Of a stretch of DNA of 38,941 nt, positions 1 to 6,802 are shown in pieces. Source of the stretch: Parcubacteria group bacterium. GTDB lineage: Bacteria; Patescibacteriota; Minisyncoccia; Phycocordibacterales; UBA2135. The position numbers were made by a program, and so were the translations under genes. The notes below the pieces were generated by a model. The model was not told where the DNA came from. It saw only the letters and a program-made list of their open reading frames with translations, and did not search any database. The DNA is taken from assembly GCA_016180525.1 (NCBI GenBank), contig JACPBB010000004.1, positions 1-38,941 of the forward strand, in the 5' to 3' direction. Positions within the stretch are counted from its first letter, which is position 1, and each line of letters begins with the position of its first letter.

Positions 1-1
1 G

Positions 2-346
2 GATGCGGATGCTATCTTCCTGTCGGTCACCAATTCTCAATCCGGCAAGCGTTACACTATCCGGGGAGTAGGCGAGATGCTGAGGAAATACTCGCTCAAA
101 GCCAAAATTCCCATTCTCAATGCCCACAGCTTCCGGCACCGCGTGGGACACCACATTATCAAAAGTGGCGGATCAAGCGCCGATGTGATGAACATTCTCG
201 GACACTCCTCGGTCCAGAGCACGACTATCTACACGATGATGTCCGACCTCGAGCTCGAAAAAAGATACCGATTTTTTATGGAAGAGCCGGCCCAAGAAAA
301 AAGCCGAGTTGCGAGAGAGTTGCCCCCTGTGGGTAAGTCAGCTTGA
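2..346 (+). CDS. Tyrosine recombinase/integrase, C-terminal part (5'-truncated by window edge)
   Basis: Frame open from nt 2 (DADAIFLSVTNSQSGKRYTIRGVGEM...). Catalytic motifs HSFRH (HxxR), LGHSS and STTIYT (nucleophile Tyr) are present. Confidence 0.92.
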   Translation, partial: DADAIFLSVTNSQSGKRYTIRGVGEMLRKYSLKAKIPILNAHSFRHRVGHHIIKSGGSSADVMNILGHSSVQSTTIYTMMSDLELEKRYRFFMEEPAQEKSRVARELPPVGKSA

Positions 347-518
347 TGTTCGGTGCCGGTTGGATAGGGTTGTTGGTGGAACGAAAAATGACGAGGTTGC
401 GAGAGAATTCAACTTGATGAATCTGCGAGAATTGATATAATGAAAGAGATGCGAGAGTTATCCACTCCCCATCAGCTTGACTACACCGGTAGAGAGCATA
501 GGGTTGTGGGTGCGATAA
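310..518 (+). repeat. TGCGAGAG direct repeats interleaved with three promoter-like units
   Basis: TGCGAGAG at 310, 398 and 450, TGCGAGAA at 424. TCAGCTTGA-N17-ATAGGGTTGT occurs twice (338-373, 472-507). TTGATG-N16-TATAAT at 414-441. Confidence 0.7.
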
Positions 519-543
519 AAAAGAGAGCCCTTTGACAACCCGA

Positions 544-601
544 CTTTTACTCCCAGACGATCCGACGGCAACCTACCGGCGGGCCGTCTGGGGAGTAAAA
601 G
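544..601. repeat. Long imperfect inverted repeat (58-nt hairpin)
   Basis: CTTTTACTCCCAGACG (544-559) pairs with CGTCTGGGGAGTAAAAG (585-601) with one bulged G; inner TCCG/CGGG and CGG/CCG pairs extend it. Confidence 0.85.
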
Positions 602-637
602 AAACTCTTTTCAGATGAAAAGTTTGTGGCTAAAAAA

Positions 638-745
638 TCCCTGTGACATTTTCTGTAATAGAAGAAATATAAGAGATGTCACGGCAAGTGACATCTCGCA
701 ATCCTTCCGTAGCTTTAGCGAAGGAGGATAAAAAGTGTCATGGGA
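638..745. other. Multibranch structured element containing a REP-like hairpin
   Basis: Outer stem TCCCTGTGACATTTT / AAAAGTGTCATGGGA encloses the perfect hairpin GAGATGTCAC-GGCAA-GTGACATCTC (673-697) and ATCCTTCCGTAGCTTTAGCGAAGGAGGAT (701-729). Confidence 0.6.
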
Positions 746-752
746 GATGAGG

Positions 753-787
753 AAAAGAAAAAAGCCCATTCCAAGAAATTGACGGGC
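753..787 (-). terminator. Intrinsic terminator of the small zinc-ribbon gene
   Basis: Minus strand reads GCCCGTCAATTTCTTGGAATGGGC followed by TTTTTTCTTTT. Confidence 0.6.
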
Positions 788-809
788 CTATTGGGGCAAA
801 AAGGTCGGT

Positions 810-962
810 TTAATGCATGCCAATTAATGTTACCTTCCATCCCGATTTTTTAAGTTTTTCCTTGCACTGTAAACAAACTTCGAATTTAATCTTACCGGCC
901 TTCTCCATAGCGAAGAATCTTCCGGTTGGTCCATTACATTCAACACATTTTCCAGGAAACAT
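810..962 (-). CDS. 50-aa zinc-ribbon-like protein (not in ORF track)
   Basis: MFPGKCVECNGPTGRFFAMEKAGKIKFEVCLQCKEKLKKSGWKVTLIGMH: two CxxC motifs, AAGGAGG SD 6 nt before ATG, upstream promoter and downstream terminator. Confidence 0.75.
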   Translation of the reverse strand: MFPGKCVECNGPTGRFFAMEKAGKIKFEVCLQCKEKLKKSGWKVTLIGMH

Positions 963-1001
963 TTCTTTCCTCCTTGCGTGGGTAAATTGTGAACTGTTTG
1001 T

Positions 1002-1029
1002 ATGATAACATATGTAATGAATTTGTCAA
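1002..1029 (-). promoter_or_regulatory. sigma70-type promoter for 810-962
   Basis: Minus strand TTGACA-N16-TATCAT with TGn extended -10. Confidence 0.65.
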
Positions 1030-1180
1030 GAAAAATCCGCATGACATTTTCTATTTTTGAGTCCATGAGGCAGTTCATAAATTTGAAAAATGGCTTAAAA
1101 TAAGGAAAATCCCTGCCTTCGCAAGGCCGTAGCATTGCTTCGGCAAGGCAAAAGGTATCATGGGAAATGAGGATAACAAC

Positions 1181-1762
1181 ATGCACAGACTTTTAGAAGA
1201 ATCAAAGAGAATAAAAGCTCAAGCAGATAGGATTCTTAAAGAATCCGGTATTATTGAAATTTTGAAAACGTATGGGGAAGTAAAAATTGGTGGTAGCTAT
1301 GCCCTTAATGTCATGTTAAGGCCTGATCTTGACCTTTTTGTGATTGCTGAAAAACATGATTGGAACAAAGTACTGGATATTCAATCCAAAATAATGAAGA
1401 CAAAATATTTTCGAGAATTTGACTTCGTAAATTGGGTTGACTTTAAGACGAATGAGGAAGATTTTCTCCCTGGGTATTATTTCCAGCCCTGGGTTCCAAT
1501 AGATGATCAACTTTGGAAAATTGATGTTTGGTTATTTACTCAAGAATGTGATAAGTCAGCAGAAAACACTGAGTATTTTAAAAAGTTACTTAAAAAAAGC
1601 GATGAGTCAAAAAGAATTGCAATTTTAGAAATTAAAGAGGCTATGCGGCAAGGTTTAAAATATATTAAGGGCGTAAACGGAAAATTGATTTGTAAAGCCG
1701 TACTAGAGAGTGGAATCACTACTCCAAAAGAATTTAGAGAATTCTTGCAGATACAGAAATAA
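1181..1762 (+). CDS. Pol-beta-superfamily nucleotidyltransferase-like protein
   Basis: GGSYALNVMLRPDLDL fits the hGS...DxD motif, with a later WKIDVW acidic strand. GAGGA SD precedes ATG 1181 (alternative start 1160). Confidence 0.7.
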   Translation: MHRLLEESKRIKAQADRILKESGIIEILKTYGEVKIGGSYALNVMLRPDLDLFVIAEKHDWNKVLDIQSKIMKTKYFREFDFVNWVDFKTNEEDFLPGYYFQPWVPIDDQLWKIDVWLFTQECDKSAENTEYFKKLLKKSDESKRIAILEIKEAMRQGLKYIKGVNGKLICKAVLESGITTPKEFREFLQIQK

Positions 1763-1807
1763 ATTAAAAAGCGCCGAAAAGTATAAAGATAATAAAAAGA
1801 GCCAACG

Positions 1808-2368
1808 TTAGGTGGCTCTAGAGGGAAAGGTCTGCACCATGGCCGCACATTTCATGTATCGTTTGGCCGTAAACATCCAGTGTGATTTCAGGGGTTCAGA
1901 AAGGAATTTACGAGGCATGGTTTTGAAGCCGCGCCTCTTGAATCTCCTGAAATGATAGTACATGGTAATAAAGCCAATAGTGGTTGCGCCTTGAGTACGA
2001 ACATGATTGACGGCATGATTAAAAAGAGACATGCCGATACCTCGCTTGCGATATGGTTTTTCAACTGCAAGAGTGGTAAGAACTGCAGTACTGTTATCGA
2101 TCGTTGTTGCGCCCATGCTACCCACCACACGACCGCCTACCTTAGCTATCCAGTATTGACCATCAAGTTTCTCCATCGGACTTCCAATCTTGGCTTCGAC
2201 GATGAGACGGTTAATATCAGAAAGGTGTCGCTTATCCGCTTTACGGATTGTAAATTGCATTAATTCTTTCGGGCCAGGATGCCAAACGTGTTGACAACGA
2301 GGATTTTGACACCAATAGCCATCGGTAGGATCTTCAGCACACCAAGAACCGCATTTTGGACATTTCAT
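1808..2368 (-). CDS. GNAT N-acetyltransferase with N-terminal zinc ribbon
   Basis: Acetyl-CoA motif LAVEKPYRKRGIG; N-terminus CPKC...CQNPRC. Upstream TTGACT-N17-TATTGT promoter. Alternative TTG start at 2386. Confidence 0.85.
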   Translation of the reverse strand: MKCPKCGSWCAEDPTDGYWCQNPRCQHVWHPGPKELMQFTIRKADKRHLSDINRLIVEAKIGSPMEKLDGQYWIAKVGGRVVGSMGATTIDNSTAVLTTLAVEKPYRKRGIGMSLFNHAVNHVRTQGATTIGFITMYYHFRRFKRRGFKTMPRKFLSEPLKSHWMFTAKRYMKCAAMVQTFPSRAT

Positions 2369-2466
2369 TATTTTTTCTACCCTCAAGAAGAATTCTGTCT
2401 AGACAATAATATATTCATGTTATATAGTCAATACGCTTACTAAAAAATATAAACTAAAATACAAAC

Positions 2467-2880
2467 ATGACGAATCACGCAGCAATTATTTTGAGAGATG
2501 AGAATAAAGTTTTGTTCGTACAGCGAAGCGCGAACAAAAAATCACTTCCCAATATTTGGGCATTTCCATCAGGCACGATAGAGGAAGGGGAATCACCAGA
2601 GGAAACTACGATTCGGGAGGCTAAAGAAGAATTAGGAATAGATATAGAGATTGAAAAATCACTTGCTACCGTTGAGTTACCAGAATTAGGAGCACGACTT
2701 CATTTTGTTACCTGTACAAGCAAGCATAACGGCAATATCGTGTGCGACCCGAATGAAATCCAGGCGACAAAATGGCTCACGTTTAAAGAATTTTTTAATG
2801 AGTTTACGGATGAAGAAATTGGTCACGGCCTCATACATCTCCGCAAGCACCCAGAAATCTGGCATTCTTCTTTTAATTAA
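2467..2880 (+). CDS. NUDIX hydrolase (MutT-like)
   Basis: Nudix box GTIEEGESPEETTIREAKEELG. Confidence 0.92.
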   Translation: MTNHAAIILRDENKVLFVQRSANKKSLPNIWAFPSGTIEEGESPEETTIREAKEELGIDIEIEKSLATVELPELGARLHFVTCTSKHNGNIVCDPNEIQATKWLTFKEFFNEFTDEEIGHGLIHLRKHPEIWHSSFN

Positions 2881-2909
2881 AAAAGCCACATTAAGTGGCT
2901 AAATTTTTT
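2879..2909. terminator. Probable bidirectional terminator between convergent genes
   Basis: A-tract, AGCCAC-ATTAA-GTGGCT hairpin, then T-tract. Confidence 0.55.
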
Positions 2910-2914
2910 AACTA

Positions 2915-3259
2915 TTAGTCTGGTATTAGTTGCAAGAGAAAATTTAACTGAACATATTCAACTTCAGGAAATTTTTTCCAACAAGCAGCGGCATCTTCAA
3001 CAGAACTATTATCGGTTATTTTTAAAATGTATTCCTTTCCGCTTGTAATGCGAAGAACATTTGTTCCACATTTTATATTCATTTCCTGTAATCTTAGTTT
3101 TGATTCGTTGCCGTCTGTCTTGACGATAAGTTCATTTTGAATATGGGTTTGAGCATAAACACTTATTGTGCTACTTGCTACTAACATCATGAAAAAAAGT
3201 GGCAAAGTGCTTAATGCAACGACACCCAAAATCCAATCTTTCAATCTGAGTTTTGGCAT
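2915..3259 (-). CDS. Exported/membrane-anchored protein resembling a stand-alone subtilase (S8) prodomain
   Basis: Hydrophobic N-terminus, then NELIVK...YILKI...SVEDAA...PEVEYVQLNF, similar to the P.VEYAEPNY end of subtilase propeptides. No protease domain follows. Confidence 0.55.
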   Translation of the reverse strand: MPKLRLKDWILGVVALSTLPLFFMMLVASSTISVYAQTHIQNELIVKTDGNESKLRLQEMNIKCGTNVLRITSGKEYILKITDNSSVEDAAACWKKFPEVEYVQLNFLLQLIPD

Positions 3260-3361
3260 TTGACCTCGCTCAATGTTTAATATCTGACATTAGTAAGTAT
3301 AAAGACATATTAATGAAAGTCAAACATGACAAGAAAAAGCCGCATGGAAGCGGCTGTGCTC

Positions 3362-4003
3362 TTACATAAACCGAGTAATTTCTTGAAATGAATGGACAAT
3401 ATGGTCTGGCTTTGTGGCAAGCACCAAGTCGTGGGGTACGTGGTCATTCAGAAACGCGACTGCTTGTATGCCCGCTTGTTTTGCGTGGCGCATATCAGAT
3501 GGTGCGTCGCCTATAAAATAGCATTCATGGGGAGATACCCAGTCTCTGACAAATCGTCGTCTTTCAATTTCATTTGAAATAATTTTTGAAATCAGAACTT
3601 TTTTATCAAGCGCATGAAACTCAAGGTAGCTGAATAATGAGTCTATTCCAAACTGTTCAAGCATCGGAAGCGCGATTGCCTGTGGCTGTGCCGTTACGAG
3701 CGCAAGAGTGACCCTTGTTCTAAATAAAAATTGCAACACTTCTCTCACTTGAGGAAAAATAGTGGCGGAAGATGCGCGACATACGTATTCTTTTTCATAC
3801 ATTGCGTTTAATTCTTCGCGAGAGGCGTCAATGCCTCTTTTTCTGTAGACTTCCATATAATCTCCGCTTTCAAGAGCTCTGAAATATTCCGCAATCGTTG
3901 GAGGCTTTTTCCCAAACACCTGAAACAGAGCACCCATCGCTTGTTCCCAAATTATTGTGTCGTCAAGAAGTGTCCCGTTCCAATCACAAAAGAGAATTTT
4001 CAT
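3362..4003 (-). CDS. HAD-family hydrolase (phosphoglycolate phosphatase-like)
   Basis: Motif I DWNGTL, motif II VT, motif IV IGDAPSD. Terminator-like AGCCGC/GCGGCT hairpin at about 3337-3355. Confidence 0.9.
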   Translation of the reverse strand: MKILFCDWNGTLLDDTIIWEQAMGALFQVFGKKPPTIAEYFRALESGDYMEVYRKRGIDASREELNAMYEKEYVCRASSATIFPQVREVLQFLFRTRVTLALVTAQPQAIALPMLEQFGIDSLFSYLEFHALDKKVLISKIISNEIERRRFVRDWVSPHECYFIGDAPSDMRHAKQAGIQAVAFLNDHVPHDLVLATKPDHIVHSFQEITRFM

Positions 4004-4051
4004 TCAGAAATCCCCACTATTCTGTATTTTAGTGTATAATGTACAAGTTAT

Positions 4052-4783
4052 ATGTCAACGCATGCGCTTGAGATAAAAAATTTAAAAAAGTCATACGGAA
4101 AAAATGTCGCGGTGGACGGCATTTCTTTTTCTATAGAACAGGGAGAGTTTTTTGGACTCTTAGGGCCCAATGGCGCCGGAAAGACAACGACTATACATTG
4201 CATAACCGGTATCGGGACCATTACCTCAGGGAGTATTTCCATACTCGGCCTTGATGTGGTGAAAGAGTATCGCGAGACGCGAAAAAAGATAGGACTTTCT
4301 CCACAGGATTATAATGTCGATATTTTCGCGAAGGTTTGGAAGATTCTTGATTATGCCGGCGGCTATTACGGCATGCGAAAAAAAGAGCGCATGAATCGAA
4401 TTGAAAAGGTTCTTGCGGAATGCCGATTGACGGAGCATAAAGAAAAAGCATTCCAACATCTCTCCGGAGGCCTGAAGCGTCGGCTCATGCTTGCCCGCGC
4501 TCTGATGCATGACCCGGAAATCCTTATACTTGACGAGCCGACTGCCGGTATTGATGTTGAGTTTCGTCACGAACTATGGGAGTTTTTGCGGAAGTTAAAT
4601 AAAAGCGGGAAAACCATAATTCTGACCTCTCATTATTTGGAAGAGGTTGAGCTTCTCTGCAGTAGAATTGGAATTATTCACAAAGGGAATCTTGCCGCGC
4701 TTGGCAGGAAAGATGAATTTGTGAAAGACGGCAAAAAACTTGAAGATAAATATTTAATCATTACGAGGGGAGAACATTTTTAA
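4052..4783 (+). CDS. ABC-2 type exporter ATP-binding subunit (YadG-like)
   Basis: Walker A GPNGAGKT, signature LSGG, Walker B ILDEPT, H-loop TSHY. Confidence 0.95.
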   Translation: MSTHALEIKNLKKSYGKNVAVDGISFSIEQGEFFGLLGPNGAGKTTTIHCITGIGTITSGSISILGLDVVKEYRETRKKIGLSPQDYNVDIFAKVWKILDYAGGYYGMRKKERMNRIEKVLAECRLTEHKEKAFQHLSGGLKRRLMLARALMHDPEILILDEPTAGIDVEFRHELWEFLRKLNKSGKTIILTSHYLEEVELLCSRIGIIHKGNLAALGRKDEFVKDGKKLEDKYLIITRGEHF

Positions 4784-4787
4784 TAGT

Positions 4788-5552
4788 ATGTTTAATTGGA
4801 TTGGATTATATACTCTCATACGACGTGAAGTTGAGAGAACGTTTCGCATCATTGCGCAAACGCTCGGGGCGCCCCTTATTTCCGCGTTTTTATTTATTTT
4901 TATTTTTGGTTTTGTGCTCGGAAGAAAAATTGAGCTCGTCGGAGGTGTTCCTTATATGCTTTTCGTGTTTCCTGGCATTTTAATGATGAATATGCTCACT
5001 GCGTCATTTGATAATGTTTCGCACACATTGTTTGTAAGTCGGTGGGTGAGAAACATTCACGAAGTACTTGTGGCGCCATTGTCTTATCTTGAGATGATTA
5101 TTGGATATGTAGTGGGTGCCATAACACGTGGACTTTTAATCGGGTTGGGAGTGCTCCTAATAGGACTTTTATTCGGAGCGGTACATATAGCGCACCCTCT
5201 CCTTTTTATATTTTACGCTATTGGAGTTACTACAATATTTGCCCTCCTTGGTATTCTCGCGGGACTTTGGGCGAAGGGGTTTGAACAGCTCGGCATCTTT
5301 AATATTTTTATTATAATGCCGCTTTCATTTTTGGGAGGAATGTTTTATTCAATTGAATTTTTACCCGAAACGGTTCGCGCGATTACGATTTACAATCCGA
5401 TGTTTTATTTCATTGATGGTATGCGATACGCGTCTCTTTCATACCACGAGTCAAATCTTATGGTAGGCGCGACACTTATCATAGGACTTATTTTATTTTT
5501 AGGAACCCTTGTATTTTATTTATTTAAAAAGGGGTGGCGCTTGAGGGAATAA
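4788..5552 (+). CDS. ABC-2 type permease (YadH-like)
   Basis: About six hydrophobic segments; FLGGMFYS and YNPMFYFIDGMRY motifs; directly follows the ATPase. Confidence 0.92.
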   Translation: MFNWIGLYTLIRREVERTFRIIAQTLGAPLISAFLFIFIFGFVLGRKIELVGGVPYMLFVFPGILMMNMLTASFDNVSHTLFVSRWVRNIHEVLVAPLSYLEMIIGYVVGAITRGLLIGLGVLLIGLLFGAVHIAHPLLFIFYAIGVTTIFALLGILAGLWAKGFEQLGIFNIFIIMPLSFLGGMFYSIEFLPETVRAITIYNPMFYFIDGMRYASLSYHESNLMVGATLIIGLILFLGTLVFYLFKKGWRLRE

Positions 5553-5652
5553 TGCGGATACGCGCAAATTCTAAGTAGATACATACAGATAATTGGAAAC
5601 TTTTTAGACAAAAATATGATATATTAAATAGAGAACGAAAACGGAGATCGCC

Positions 5653-5868
5653 ATGGATATGGAAGACCGTCGGTGTGATGATGGCGCATGTCACTGTAAC
5701 GGAGGAGAGGATAAAGATCATTGTGTATCCTGCAGAAAATGTGTCCTTATAGAAGAACTCAGGCCTCGTCGCGGAATATGTATGGAATGCGCGCTTTCAC
5801 ATCCGGAGAGCATGCCGGGCAAAGGATTATTCATAGCGTATGCTTTTGCGGGATTAGACGATTTTTAA
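5653..5868 (+). CDS. Small Cys-rich hypothetical protein
   Basis: Eight Cys in 71 aa (CHC, CVSCRKC, CMEC); GGAG SD; terminator AAACCGG-TATG-CCGGTTT-T-tract at 5882-5909. Confidence 0.55.
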   Translation: MDMEDRRCDDGACHCNGGEDKDHCVSCRKCVLIEELRPRRGICMECALSHPESMPGKGLFIAYAFAGLDDF

Positions 5869-5934
5869 TATTATCATTTGTAAACCGGTATGCCGGTTTT
5901 TTCTTTTTTCAAAAATAGTTTAATATATAGAGAT

Positions 5935-6279
5935 ATGATTCTTATCGCAAAATGGCTTATCGTTGCGCTTTCATTTCTACTCGCAGCATATTATGTGCCG
6001 GGTATTTCTGTGGAAACTTTTTATACGGCGCTTATCTTGGCATTTGTTTGGGGTGTTATAAGTCTCTTATTTCGCCCAATTTTAATTTTTCTTACATTGC
6101 CAATTACTCTCATTACATTCGGATTATTCACATTGGTTATCAACGCCCTGCTTTTTATGTTTTTAAGCACTTTTGTAAAAGGATTTGAAGTAGAGGGTTT
6201 CGTGAGCGCGTTTCTCGGGGCACTGATTGTGTCTCTTGCCTCCTGGTTTGGAAATAAAGTTCTTTCTCATCTTAAATAA
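5935..6279 (+). CDS. Phage holin family 4 / YvlD-like membrane protein
   Basis: Typical RPILIFLTLPITLITFGLFTLVINA...GFVSAFLGALIVS pattern; ATG 5935 preferred over 5890, which lies inside a terminator. Confidence 0.88.
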   Translation: MILIAKWLIVALSFLLAAYYVPGISVETFYTALILAFVWGVISLLFRPILIFLTLPITLITFGLFTLVINALLFMFLSTFVKGFEVEGFVSAFLGALIVSLASWFGNKVLSHLK

Positions 6280-6488
6280 TTACCTCATGCTCTTGCGCGC
6301 GGTATTTTTAGTGGTATGCTGAGGAAATTATAAGTAATCTCTAAACTATTTAATTATGAGCGAAGTTATATTTATTGCATCACTATTTGCGGCATTTATA
6401 TTGCTTGCAGCGAGTCAGATATATTTTTAAAAGAATTGGCCGATATTTTATGAGCAAAAGTGAAATAAAATATCGTTGCCAAACTTTT

Positions 6489-6763
6489 ACCCCCTCTTTT
6501 TGAGTTTTGCTTCAGTCGGCTATGTATTATGTATACGTAATAAAGAAAAAGAGTAGATATGGCGAGTTTTATATTGGATATTCTACTGATCTCCGTGGCC
6601 GACTGAAAGAGCACGCTGTTCGGAAAAATGATCTTGTATATTATGAAGCATACAAACACAAAAAAGATGCTTATATACGAGAGAAACAACTGAAGAAATA
6701 CAAAAGTGCGTGGGGTTAGTTTAAAAAGAGAACACAATTTAGCAGAATCTAAAAAGAGGGGGT
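6489..6763. repeat. 23-bp imperfect inverted repeats enclosing the GIY-YIG gene
   Basis: ACCCCCTCTTTTTGAGTTTTGCT (6489-6511) versus AGCAGAATCTAAAAAGAGGGGGT (6741-6763); the outer 13 bp pair perfectly. Confidence 0.8.
6522..6752 (+). pseudogene. Short GIY-YIG nuclease with in-frame TAG at 6717-6719
   Basis: MYYVYVI...FYIGYSTDLRGRLKEH...LVYYEAY...AYIREKQLK. The frame continues past the TAG as FKKRTQFSRI to TAA at 6750-6752. Confidence 0.75.
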
Positions 6764-6802
6764 GATAATTTTAATACTCGTTACACTCGTTTAAAATCTA
6801 TC

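Noticed and set aside
817-1186. Track ORFs 817-1005 (+) and 830-1186 (-)
   Set aside because: No motifs; the promoter, SD and terminator fit the 962-810 frame instead.
2-4003. Integron (integrase plus cassette array)
   Set aside because: The recombinase lacks the integron-specific insertion before HxxR, the genes alternate in orientation, and the GTTAGGT at 1807 has no attC-length palindrome.
6356-6430. 24-aa hydrophobic ORF MSEVIFIASLFAAFILLAASQIYF
   Set aside because: Could be a small membrane peptide, but T-rich DNA yields such ORFs by chance and nothing else supports it.
6717-6719. Stop-codon reassignment (TAG readthrough or code 25)
   Set aside because: TAG and TGA terminate well-conserved genes here (glmS and gyrB end in TAG; dnaE and dnaB in TGA).
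6280-6802. glmS ribozyme upstream of glmS
   Set aside because: No recognisable ribozyme core; the space is occupied by the GIY-YIG unit.
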